DNA of 64,000 nucleotides from Thalia democratica (Eukaryota): NCBI GenBank assembly GCA_965202585.1, contig OZ241829.1, positions 68,944,001 to 69,008,000 of the forward strand, read 5' to 3'. Shown piece by piece: positions 38,390 to 50,741 of this stretch (position 1 is its first letter; each line of letters starts with the position of its first letter). The notes under the pieces were generated by a model. It saw only the letters and a program-made list of their open reading frames with translations, ran no database searches and was not told where the DNA came from. The position numbers and the translations under genes were made by a program.

Positions 38390-39175
38390 GAAGTCACAAC
38401 TTCTGATGTATTTGTGGTACTGTGCATTTTGTTAACAAAGATTTCAGAACTGTTGTATGACTTTATTTGTTTTGTTGATGAAAGTTGTATTTTGTTCTAA
38501 TTAAGAGCTTAAAAGAACTGTTAAATTTATATGTCTAACGTTGTTTGTTTTGCAAAACATTTGTGCGTTTTCTGTCGTACCGACAACAAAACATAATAAA
38601 AACTAGTAAAGTTAATGTAGCTTTAGATTTTTGCTTTAAATTTCTATGTTAATTTGTAATGAATAAGTTAAATTTAAAAAGTTATGGACATATACAAACT
38701 GACACTAAATTTATCTATATTATATACCCAACACATATCACTTTAAATTTTGGTTTTCTAATTAGTAAGCACCAAAATATAGCTTTTAACTTACGATAGT
38801 GTTTAATACTTACCATAGTTTAACCAAGAAACAGTTAGGAAAAATAATATGTGTATAAAATAAGCTGTATCATAAAGTTGTTGTTATTTTGAAAAAGGTT
38901 TAAGCTACATATCTGTGTTTAAGTTATTAAGCTTTTCCATTAATTCAAAGCAACGCCAGTTTAAGTTAGATCACTAGTTCTCCATAACAGCTATGATATT
39001 TATTATTTTTAAAAACCGTGAGTTGCTAAAATCTTTTATTAAAAAACTCGTTTTTTCTTAAATGCAATAAACATTTAAGTGTATATTAACTCTTTAAAGT
39101 TTAAATAACTTATAAAAAAATTGATAAGATAACACTATAATTATCACCGTAGAACAAACAAACTAAATAAATAAA

Positions 39176-40261
39176 ATGATAAAAAAAAGCTGCTTTGCAA
39201 CGCTTGGAGCTTACCTGCTCAGCAAAAAGATGGACTGCAACTTATTTCCGCAAGGTGTCCTCGCTCGCTCAGATGTAAGCGCCGGAGACGGCAACTACCC
39301 TCCGCCCCTGGAACCGAACGATTTGAACATTAGGAAGCGCCCCTTCAATACGAGGCTCTACGGCGCGCCAACTGCGCAGGAGAACGAGCAAATAACGGCC
39401 TTGAACAACAACCCTTTCGCAGAAAACGACCGCCAGGATGAACATCTGCTCGAAAGCAACTGGGACGGACTGGAAGGCTTCCAAACCGAGCACGCCCATG
39501 GAAGGTCGATGAGACTGCACCTGCACTTTTACGCAAAAGAAGATGCCGAAAACAACACTAGGAGGTTTGATCAAACGAATGCCAGGCAGAGAATAATAAG
39601 GGGTCCCCTTAACACGCTGAAAAACTACGGCGACATCTTTGCGCGCTACAGGTTTCCGGTGAGCCGGTTGGACCCGCCGCATTCTGACGTCACAGTGCCG
39701 CGAGGCCACGACGTCATAGCGGAATTTTGGGAGATGGAGCACGCCTTCCGCAAAGTTTGCCATAGGTTCATCTTAAACGGACAATTTGAGTGGCGGAAAA
39801 TTCGTGAAGAAAATGGAAAGAAAAAAACAAAAGGTCCGGAGACAGTTGAACACTGGCATAACATGCCCAAGAACCTGATCGCCTACTTCGTGCAGCGTGT
39901 GTTGCAGTTCCCGCCGGAAACATTCGGCAGGTTCAGGATCAGCGACGGCTCCCACACGCACTTTTACATCGACTACAACGGAAGACCGAATTTTTCGGTC
40001 ATTGGTGAGACGAGCCACCTGCATAAAGAGTACGAAAGAGGCCGTCGTGATTTCGATCGTGGATCGGGCGATATTGGTTTGGACGTTCCCGCCGCTAATG
40101 AAGAAGATCTTGGCGCCGGAGACTCTCCTCAAATCGGGTCTGACAAAAATTGTGAATATGAAGAAGGTGATTGGGAAGATGAAGACGCTGATGATGATGA
40201 AAACTGTACGAATGATAGAGACGTTGGTGAAATAAGAAATCGTCAGTTTTCTCTGTTTTAA
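39176..40261 (+). CDS. Paralog C' (361 aa), third core
   Basis: Intact ORF; carries B-like patches in the tail region. Confidence 0.85.
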   Translation: MIKKSCFATLGAYLLSKKMDCNLFPQGVLARSDVSAGDGNYPPPLEPNDLNIRKRPFNTRLYGAPTAQENEQITALNNNPFAENDRQDEHLLESNWDGLEGFQTEHAHGRSMRLHLHFYAKEDAENNTRRFDQTNARQRIIRGPLNTLKNYGDIFARYRFPVSRLDPPHSDVTVPRGHDVIAEFWEMEHAFRKVCHRFILNGQFEWRKIREENGKKKTKGPETVEHWHNMPKNLIAYFVQRVLQFPPETFGRFRISDGSHTHFYIDYNGRPNFSVIGETSHLHKEYERGRRDFDRGSGDIGLDVPAANEEDLGAGDSPQIGSDKNCEYEEGDWEDEDADDDENCTNDRDVGEIRNRQFSLF

Positions 40262-41553
40262 ACCGCAACAACTTCTTATGTATTCATGTAACTGAAATTT
40301 TTGTTTACAAAGTTTTCAGAACTGTTTGTATGACTTTATTTGTTTTTTTGATAAGAGTGCTATTTTGTTTTGCTTAAGTGAAATGTTAGATTAAATGTCT
40401 AACATTGTTGGTTTTACAAAACGTTTGTGTTTATTGTTTTCTGTTACACAGACAACAAAACATGTTTAATGTAGCTTTAGATTTTTGCTTTAAATTTAAG
40501 TATAATTGTAATAAAAAATTTAAATTTTAAAAGTTAAGGACGTTTACGAACTTTAGCACTATATTTCTTTTATATACTAAACATATACCGTTTTAAATCT
40601 TGGTTTTCTAATTAGTAAGCATTAAATTAAACCTTGTAACTTACGATATATTTTAATACTTTTTAGAATTTAACCAAAAAACTGCTTTGAAAAATAAATT
40701 GTATATAAAACAAGCTCTAACATAAAATTGTTGTTATTTAAAAAAAGTTTTGTGCTACCGATCGGTGTTTAAGTTATTAAGCTTACAATTAACTTACAAC
40801 AAAGCCAGTTTAAGTTAGAATATTAATTCATGATAACAAATATTAAAATAATGATTTTCAAAACTGTTTATACTTTGCTAAAACATTTAACTAAAAAAAA
40901 AATTTTTTCTTAAATTAAACAAACCTTTAAATCTATAATAACTCTCTTAAGTTTAGATAAATTATAAAAAAAAATGTTATGATTACACTATAACAATGAC
41001 CACAAAAACTTTCGTTTGTTTCCAAAGTTAAAACTTTCAACAACTTATATTTGTTCTGATCTAAAAAGCTTTTTCTTTGATAAGTTTTTTTTTCGTTTGA
41101 ACAAATAATTCCTCTTTGATTACTTATTGTTATTTAAACATACAACCTTAAGTTTAAAACAAAAAAAGGAAAAATTTACAACAAAAGTACAAACACCGTT
41201 TTATTGAACGCTTGTCAGAAAACATTAAAGAGTAAAAATATAAAATTAAAGCAACAACTCAATCATACTTCTAAAGTAAGTAATCGTAATTTAATTAAAA
41301 ATAGCATTGTCGTGCACCATAGCTTAGTTTGAATTCATAAAAAAATATGAATTAAATACCATAAGGTAGAATTTGCATAAAATCTCTAAATCAACAACTA
41401 GAAAGGTTGTTTTTTTTTTATTTTTTGTTTCTCAGCTAAAACCTTAGCTTAAAGGATAGTTTGAATTAAACTTGTAATCATAAGACTATTTTCAGAGGTA
41501 AAGTTTGGATATAAGTTTTTTAACTAATTAAATATATAACTTTTTCCTTCTTC

Positions 41554-42109
41554 TTAGCTACAACAGGGTTTTCCGGCCATCATACTTTCAGCAAAATACA
41601 CCGGGAGCTTTATTACTACAAAAAATAATTTATAAGCAAAACACACAGGAAATTTTATCAACGCAAAAAAAAAAACAGTTATAAGATTATTGTGTTTTTG
41701 ATAAACTTTGTAATATAATAGCATCATAGCGTGTTTAAAAATTTCTTAGCCTAAAGTGCAATAAATGACATTTATGTCAAGTAAATTACGCTAAGCTTAT
41801 ACAATATTTAATTAAGTATTATAAGTAATTACAATTATCAAAATAAGAAATAATAGATGCTCAGTAAGTCATGTTTAAACAAGTAAGTATAAATTGAGTC
41901 AACTTTATATTAACAAAACAAACGGCATATAAATTTAATTCAACAACAAAACCTCTCTCTTGCATCTGGGACCACTTTGCGCAGCACTCAATGAACACGG
42001 TGAACGGCAGGACTATTATGTAGACCGTGGACACGAACGCCGCCAGTGGCCAGCCAATTACCAGAAGACCCAACAACCACAACACTGACCACCCGTTCAA
42101 GTTTGCCAT
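41554..42109 (-). CDS. Small 72-aa membrane protein, third core (exons 42109-41953, 41615-41554)
   Basis: Same splice positions; intron 337 nt vs 212 nt in units 1/2; acceptor TTTTTGTAG|. Confidence 0.85.
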
Positions 42110-44084
42110 CGTTACGTCACAGTTATTAAAACTTATAAAGAAAAATATTTCGTTTCTGAAATAACGTACATCTCTAATTGAATTTTTTTAGATTATAAAC
42201 ATTTTTTGTTTTCATCAATAACGTTACTATAATTTATAATTTATGACAGTTTTATTACGTTTAAAATTATATAATGGTTTTAATTTATTTTTAGTGTTGG
42301 TTTGAAAATGTTTATAAGTGAGATAAAAATTAAATTGGTGATAAACGTTGCTGGGGCTAAAAATTAAAACTTGTTTTACTTTTAAAAAATATAGTAAATT
42401 CATGACTACGACTATGTTTAATTAAACTACAATTTCATTACTTGTTACACAAAAGTTAGGTTTGAGTACAAAATATAATAACGCTTGCTGAATAGCCAAA
42501 AAAAAATATCAAACTGTTGTACGTTCATAAAAAAGAGCTATAAAAGAACAAAAAATTATTTAAAACAAAAGTTTAATTGATAATAGTCATGTATGTTCAA
42601 TCCTCTAAGCACACAAAAAACTGAATGCTATAATAGCTGATGCTAAACAGTTTAACATTTTACCACATAAAACTGTTAAGTTATGTCGTATCAATGTTTT
42701 ATATACAATTTCCTAAGTTGTTTTTTGTTTTGAAATTAATTATTTTTATATAATAAACACGAAGAAAGTTAAATATAAATTATATGCAAAAAAACTAAAA
42801 AAATAACCGAATGTTACGCTTGTTGAACACAAATTTAAGTGACAATAATAATACTTGCTTACATCTCTAAACAAACAAATAATGTTGACAAAATTTAATT
42901 ATGAAAACTACTTATTAGTGCTGTATCAGGTTTTGAATACTATTAATGAAAAAGTAACTTTGAGACATAAAACTTTATAAATTAACAATTTTTCTAAATA
43001 AAAGGATAGCTTTTAAACTCTAATTAATAATTAAGTATACATTAAGTTATTTCCATACCATGTTACTTTAAACCATTTTATAACTATTATTGAAACAGTT
43101 TATCAATAATATAAATTTGTAAGAAGCTTTTCATGAAACTTATTAAATGAACCAACTAAAAGTTTAAAACTTGATTTTTTTAATAATATGCATTTTACTG
43201 TACATGAGCTAGTAACCTTGTAAAAAAGCCTTTAATATTGACTTCCGGATTTTGGTTAGTCACAAAAAAATTACCTATGGTATGAAAACTTTAGTGAATT
43301 ACAATTGACATTAATTGATATTAGTTGATTTAGCATTTCAACTGTGTTTAGTTATTTCTTATTTAAAATCTATCCGTTTCTTTCATTTTGATGAAAATCA
43401 TATCATTTAAGTATTAAAAATTTAAGTGAAAGTATAAACTGTAATATGCATAAACAGGAACAAATTGGTAAATATTTAAATTAATGTGAAATTTCTTGAG
43501 CACCTTAAAATAAATTTAGTAGATTAATACTACATAACTAAAACTGACCACCAAGGATCATTAGATTTAGCATAAAAGTGGTTAATAATCTGTTGGAACT
43601 TATTTTGACTTTAAAACGTTTTTTATTAAAAGAAGAATATTAAATAATCTTTAAACTTTTATTTCATCATTTAATTAAACTCAATTGATATGTATGCAAT
43701 AATATACTAGCTTGATTTATTAACTTTGAAATTTTTAATTGCTATTGTGCTAATTATACAAAAGTGATATACAGTTTTGTAAATTACGCAGTTTATTAAA
43801 AAAAGCTCTTTAAACGCACTTTAAATTACAGAAAAGTTTTATAAATTGCAACAAACTTCAAATTATGTTTTGCATTAATTTCGAAGGAATGTCAGCATTT
43901 ACAAATATAAAACAGTTAAGATAAATGTTTCAAAACGTAGGTTATCAAATAACAAAAAATGTACAAAAATGCTACTATAAACTGTATAAAGATATTTTGA
44001 AAAAGCTATTAAACACAAAAAATTTAATGTATCAATAAATTAATGTATTTTATAGTTGCAATAAAATGTTTATTTTTTTTCAGT

Positions 44085-46918
44085 TTAACCACAGCATTGG
44101 TTTCCAGCCTTCATCTGTTCAGCAAAATAAATGGGAAGTTTTATACCTGAAAAACAAAAACATTTTACATTCAATTTTTATATAAAGCTTTAAACATACA
44201 TTTTACATTTTATTTCGAAACTATTTACATTTTAAAAAGCAATCTAATCGAAATAATGCGAAATATAGTCTGTTTTTGTCTTATTGCTGACTTACTAGCT
44301 AGTTTAAGCTTCAAAAAATAACAATAATTACGTGACAACTAAATGTTTTTATGTGAATTTTATAATTTTATTTAATCCGTAGTTTAAAAACTTTAAACAA
44401 TATGGATTATAATAACTGAAAATGATATAAATTAAAACTATCTCTCAACACAAAATTAAAAGAAATCTAGTTGAATAGTTCAAAGAATTTCTTCAGGAAA
44501 GAACACAAAGAGTAGTTATCGGTAACACGTTCTCAGAATCCTTACCAATTTTTAGTGGAGTTCCGCAAGGAGGGGTTATAGGTCCACTGTTATTTATAAC
44601 TTATATAAATGATATAGCCTTAGAGGTTGACTCTAATAGCAACATTAAGCTTTTTGCAGACGACACAAAAATATTTAGCCAATCTAACTTAGTTTTACAA
44701 AATCTTTAGATAAAATCTACCATTGGTTAAAAGAAAGGAGATTAAACCTAAATCCCAGCAAATGTCATGTTTTGAATATTCGCAAAAGTACACCTATTCC
44801 AGCGTTTGATTTTAAAATAAACAATGCAATCTTACCTAAAACTGAGGTATTCAAAGACCTTGGAATTTTTATTTCAGATAATTTAAAATGGAACCATCAT
44901 ATTAACTTTATTTACCGTACTGCATCAATTTTATCTTTTCAAGTTCTAAAAAGCTTTATATCTACGGATTTGGTTATTCTTAAGAAACTGTACCTAGTTT
45001 ACATCCGTCCTAAGATGGAATACAACACACCTTTATGGTCTCCATATTCTATAAAAGACATCAACCAACTAGAATCTATTTAAAGAAAATTTACGAGATT
45101 AATCTTTAATCGGTGCAACATTTCATATACGTCTTACATAGACAGCTTAACAAAGCTTAATATAAAAACTTTAGAGTAAAGAAGACTTGAATTTGATCTA
45201 ATTACTTTTTTTAAACTGATTAAAAATGAAACTACTATTGATTCTCAAACTTTCTTTAAACCTTATGAAAATAATTACTCACTCAGAGGTAATAATAGAA
45301 AGTATACATGCAAATATCATTTCAACTATGTTGGTTGGCACAAATCTTTTTTCTATCGTTCGGTAAAAATGTGGAACAAACTTCCAAATGAACTAGTATC
45401 GTGCAAAAATCTTAAACATTTTCGATTAAACTTAAAAAGATTTGATTTGAATAAAATATTTACCAGTAAAATTTATAAGTGATTAGTTTTGTTCATCTCT
45501 TTAGCCATTGATTTGGTGTGTGGTATGTAGTTTATTGGTAGTTTAATCTGTAAGCTACACCTTCCTCTTATAGATTTTAGGTACTTTTCAACTTTGATTT
45601 TGTGGAAGGGCTGTTGTTAATGTGCTTTGGGCTTTAAATTTTGAAATTATTGGATATTCAGTTGATTCCTAAGCTAGATTTGTAAACTGTTGCTGCCAAA
45701 TCTTTGAAGTGATTTTTGACTGAATTTGCCGTCATATCGAGTGGCAAATAGTAGCTGAGATGAATGATCTGCAAGATGAAGACAGCTTCTGAAGATTTGA
45801 CAGAAATGCTTGTTACAGGGATCTGTTGCTTTGGAACGTATAATTGGAGATTGGTGACTTTGGAATTGTTGAATATTTGGTTGTGAAAGTTTTAATTTAT
45901 TCAGTTTCTGCCTTGTATAAGTTTTATTTTTATGTTTATTTAATCACTGTAATTTGTTTTTTCTTTTTATGTTAGAGTCTTTCAGTTTAAGTGGCTTAGG
46001 TTTTAATGCCTAGGTCCTTCGTTGGACAATAAACTTAATAATAATAATAATAATAAATCATCTTTGAAAAACTTTAAAAATGTAGAACGTTTGTTATAAG
46101 TTATTTTTTTTTATTATACTATTTTAAAGCTCGTGTTTAAAAGTGTTTTTAAAGAACTTAAAGAGATCTCAAGATAAAATAGCAGTAAGATAATTTTAGT
46201 GCTACCTAAATATAAATAAATAAATGTGCTTTTTGTTTAAGCATTGCAAAAATATATATACATAAATTACCGACAAGTTGATTAAAAAACAGTTTTTGAA
46301 CAATTGTATCTTTAGAATTATAAAAATAAGCTTTTTAGGTAAATACACAAAATTTAGGTAAATTTATTAATTATTACATTTGTTATTAAATTTTGTATAC
46401 TTCATCATTCCTTTATCTTACAAAATTGTATCTAGTCTTACACCCTTTATTTTACCACAAAACTCAAGCAAATAATGTCAATTATAGTTTGGAAAGCGAA
46501 GCTATTTCATTTGATATTTTTGACTGATTTTTTAAAATTGTCTAGATTTAAAAGAAACTAAAGTAAAAAACTACAAAGTTAGTTGATTAAATGAAAATGG
46601 TGACAACTATATTCAACTTTAAAGCAAAACACCTGTTTTATATTAGCATGTTTAGCGAAGATGAACTAAAATAAGGAGGTGAAAATTTTTATAACAGGGC
46701 AGAAAACCTTTGATAAGTAAAAAGACTTTTTACTTTAAACATTATAAATTACAAAAAAACAAACCTTTCTCAAGGAACTCCACCAGACCCTTGCACGGTT
46801 CAACGCACACGGTGAATGGGAGGCACGTGATGTAAAACGCGGCGATGAAACCCGCCACGGGCCATCCCACTATCAGCAAACCGAAGAACCACAGGACCGA
46901 CCACACGTTGCACGCCAT
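44085..46918 (-). CDS. Small 71-aa membrane protein paralog, two exons (46918-46765, 44146-44085)
   Basis: MACNVWSVLWFFGLLIVGWPVAGFIAAFYITCLPFTVCVEPCKGLVEFLEK-G-IKLPIYFAEQMKAGNQCCG*; donor G|GTTTGT, acceptor TTTTTCAG|; same phase-1 intron position and 62-nt second exon as its paralogs; absent from the ORF track. Confidence 0.85.
44390..46056 (+). mobile_element. 5'-truncated, frameshifted CR1/L2-clade LINE (RT C-terminal half plus 3' UTR)
   Basis: Translates to RTQRVVIG...SGVPQGGVIGPLLF..YINDI...LFADDTK and ...RPKMEYNTPLWSPY; ends AATAAACTT followed by a (TAA)n tail. Confidence 0.9.
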
Positions 46919-46919
46919 G

Positions 46920-47007
46920 ACGTCACAATCAGTTAATTAGGAGTTCTGTTAGTATGTATGTTATTACGTCACAATCAATTAATTAGGAGATCTGTTAGTA
47001 TGTATGT
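46920..47007. repeat. 46-bp-period direct tandem duplication immediately 5' of the small-membrane-gene ATG
   Basis: ACGTCACAATCAGTTAATTAGGAGTTCTGTTAGTATGTATGT at 46920 and ACGTCACAATCAATTAATTAGGAGATCTGTTAGTATGTATGT at 46966. Confidence 0.85.
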
Positions 47008-48643
47008 GTTTAAATTTTAAGAGTTATTAAAAATGTAATGCTTCAGATTATAGATTTGGTTGAAGACAACTAATGTACACTAGATGAAAAAAAAGTTAAA
47101 GTAAAATCAGTGTGAAAAGAACAATTTTTGTGAATAGTACAGTTATAAATGCACATGATATATTACACATCATTATGGTTTTAACATTACTGTCAGACTT
47201 TATCAAAATAAAGTTTGAATTATATTCTTAAGTAAAAAGATGAATATAGTCAAAGTTTTACTAATAGTTTTATATACAATTAATTTGAAATCTATTAAAA
47301 CATGTAACAGTAGTCAGTATTTAAATAAAATGTTATACACTTGATATAAAATTATAAAAATTATGTCCGCTTAATAAAAAACTACGAATAACTCAAAAAA
47401 GTTTTTATAGCTTTTTTGTTATAAGAGCTTCACGATAAAAAAAAAGGAATTAATGAGTTTTATTTTTTATGAAATAAGCTAGGTAAAAAAAATTAAACGT
47501 TTTTATATACAACTTTCAACAAAATTTAAAACTCTTTTTTTAAAAATATCTTAAGCCAATAAGTTTCATAATAAAACGTAAGAATTCTGTAAGTAGAAAA
47601 ACAGTGTCATCTACATTTAGTCAAAAGTTTCAAATTCACTTTTTCAAATCTTATATAAACCAGTTAAGTTATAAAATACGTTTTTGAGTCAGTTTTGTTA
47701 GATTTTGTGTAGATTCATATAAAAAAAAATTTTTAAATAATTTTACAAATGCAAGAAAAACTCTAGACATAAGATTGCACAAAACTCAGAAACATCTGTT
47801 AACTATTTTGTTTTACTTGTTATAGCCAAATTATAATTGAGTTAAAAGAATAGATAAATAAATACGTAAACAAATAGCACGATATAACTTTAAAAAAAAG
47901 TTAACTGAAATTTTCTTTTTTAATGAATGCTAAAAATTTTATCTAACACAATTGATATTTATCTGGTTTTGAAAATTTTCTAGACAACACTTTTTTTTGC
48001 TAATTACCTTTAGTATTATGACTTTATTTATAAGTTATAAACGCTTTTTTTTTTCGTTTTACTGTATAAAATTCAAGAATTTTACAACAAAAAAAAATTT
48101 TTTTTTAAACAGCAATGTGAATTTTACATTAAGACAGCTGGGTTTACAGCAGCTGAGTATAATTTTCTCTTTGAATCTACAGCAATATAACGTAATCTAC
48201 AATGGCTAATTCCTGGTTAACATAAGTACGAAATTCTACTATATAAACCTTTAAACTGCAATATGACTTAAAAATATTTAAATAACTGATAAAAAAATTC
48301 AACTTATACAATTATAAGTCATTATCCTGTGTTTTATTGATTTGGAAACTCAATAAAAATCAATTCAAACATAATTGGTAAAGTTTAAATTGGCCTAATA
48401 ATCTTATTAAAGATAGTAAGAAATTAAAATAAGAGTTAAAAAACTTTATGAAGTTTTTAAAACAAACTAATTTTGTAATGTTGTACTTTTTTTTATTTTA
48501 CCAAAACTCAGTAAGTAGAAAAAAAGTCATTATCAAACGAATCTAAGACCAAAAATCCTTAATCAACAATTTTTTTTGAAAAACAAAAGGTCCAATGTGA
48601 TACTGTTCATGAGGTTCTTATCCTGAAAATCCTGAAGGTCTTC

Positions 48644-48862
48644 CTAAGATGAGGAGCACTGCTTCCCTTCCACCATGTTCTTAGCGAACCACACCGGCAA
48701 CTGCACGATGTCCATGAGGATCTTGCATATTTCCTTGCACGGTTCGATGCACACGGTGAAGGGGAGGCACAGCAGGTAAACCCCCATCACCAGGCCAGCT
48801 AGTGGCCACCCCACGATGAGCAGGCCGAAGAACCAGAACACCGACCACACGTTGCATGCCAT
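48644..48862 (-). CDS. Small 72-aa membrane protein paralog, intronless
   Basis: Complete ORF MACNVWSVFW...VQLPVWFAKNMVEGKQCSSS aligning end to end with the spliced paralogs; about 57% GC. Confidence 0.9.
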   Translation of the reverse strand: MACNVWSVFWFFGLLIVGWPLAGLVMGVYLLCLPFTVCIEPCKEICKILMDIVQLPVWFAKNMVEGKQCSSS

Positions 48863-50741
48863 GTTTGTTTATTATAATTAAAACTGTAAAATTGTTTTGT
48901 TTTAAATTTTTTTTTGCAATTTCAAATTAAAGTTTCTTAATTAAAATCAAATTGTTATGTTATTTAAGCACAGACCAACAGTTCAATGTGTTTGTAAAAT
49001 TTTTTTGTGATTGTCTTTTACTTGTATTTAATGAAACTTTTAGTCAAAATTTTTAACATGAATTAGCTTTTATATTTACTTTATTAAAGATATTTTAAAC
49101 TTAACTTTAAAGTGTTGATTTTTTAACAGAAAGTAATGACACAAACAGTTACTTGATACAATAAAAACACTAAAATTGTAACTTAAATTACAGAAAAACT
49201 ATCACCTTAATAGTTTTATATGCATTCTAAAAAGTTTTAGTTTTTAAAACAAAGTTAGGTAGTACGACACTATTTTGCTTTTATATAGAAAGTTTAAAGA
49301 CTATTTTAAGAGTAGTAGATTAAATTAAAACGGTTTGTAATAACTGAATCAATAATTCTTAAACTGCACTTAATAATAAACTAAAATATATTTTCTAATA
49401 GATTTTTTACAGTAGTTATGTGCAATTTTATAAGCTAATTACTTTGTAAGTGGTATACAATTAATGACTAAGTTACAGTAACTATTATATTTTAATAACT
49501 TAAAGTAATTTTATCCGACATTTTAGTATAAAACAATTTTAGGTAGTATAACTAATATGAGATATTAGAGTATTATTTTACTTTTACCACACTACTATAA
49601 ACTTTTAGCATATTTGTTTGAAGTAAGTTCTTGAAATTAGTATAAGCAAAAGTTTTAAAAACATACTGCTTTTAACAAATTTACAATTTATTAGTTTACC
49701 TTTAAAATTTCTTATAAGATAACTAAAGTATCAACAATATATTTTCTTCCTAATAAACTCATATTGATTATAGAGATTTAATATTCTGATCGACTGATTT
49801 GACTTAAATGAATTTTGGTCAAAAAAAAAACATTTAATATACATAATATAAAAATATATGTTTACTGCAAATTAATTTAAAACTAACTATAACAACCTAA
49901 ATGTCCAGTTAATAAAGTAATTAATCTAACTGGTTTACAATGGCTAACATTAAAAACTCATTTACATGAAGAAGTTTCGAAAAATTAATTGTTTCTATTT
50001 TTTTCTAACTTTTGTAATTAAATTTAGTTCAAGTTTAGGTTTATAAAAATCCATTTATAACACAAAACGGTTCATAAGTAAGTTAGGCATAACAGGGGTA
50101 ACACTTTTAAACTAATCTTCTTAATAGTGTACACAAAATAAACTTTAATAAATGAAACGAAAAACTCATAATATTTATCAAATATTTGTATATCTAAAAT
50201 AAAAAGTTTATGTGGATTTTATGTCATATAGTATAAAACGGCTTATCTAGAAATTATCCTTCTTAGATGCTAAGAAAACAAAATAAAAACAGTTTAATTT
50301 TAAATTTTAGATATATTTTTAAATAAATTAAGTAGAAAATTACAAAAAGTCTCGTTACTTGTAACTTTCACTATAACACTCCAAAACAAACATTAAACTT
50401 GTTTTTAACAGCGCAAAAAATTCTGGGAAAAGATAATTTACTGTTTACTTTCGTTTCTATGTACATAGCTATTCTCATCAGTGTAAAATGATAAAATGAT
50501 GCTATTTATAGTATTTCGTTGACTGATAAAAACGTCTGGATTACAACTGCTTACTAAAATAGTTTTTTCCTTAAAACTGTACTATCGTTTTATTAAAGAA
50601 TTAGTTAAATAGTACAAATTTTTTTAAAATTATTTTCATGTATTTTTCAAGTATCCAACAGCTAAGAATTTTCAATATTTATTGTTTCGTTTACACAAAA
50701 CCAATTTAAAGATGACTCAGTCATAGAAAACTGAAAAAAAA

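Larger units (their letters stand above)
1..42853. repeat. Tandem segmental array, period 18,021 bp (core 14742-24745, spacer 24746-32762, diverged core 32763-42853)
   Basis: 1..14741 matches 18022..32762 (only one substitution noticed, 8216/26237); the third core is a few percent diverged; high identity ends at about 42853. Confidence 0.95.

Noticed and set aside
45655-45890. About 77-codon stop-free minus-strand frame in the LINE 3' UTR
   Set aside because: No start codon, no recognisable homology, and plausible by chance at this GC content
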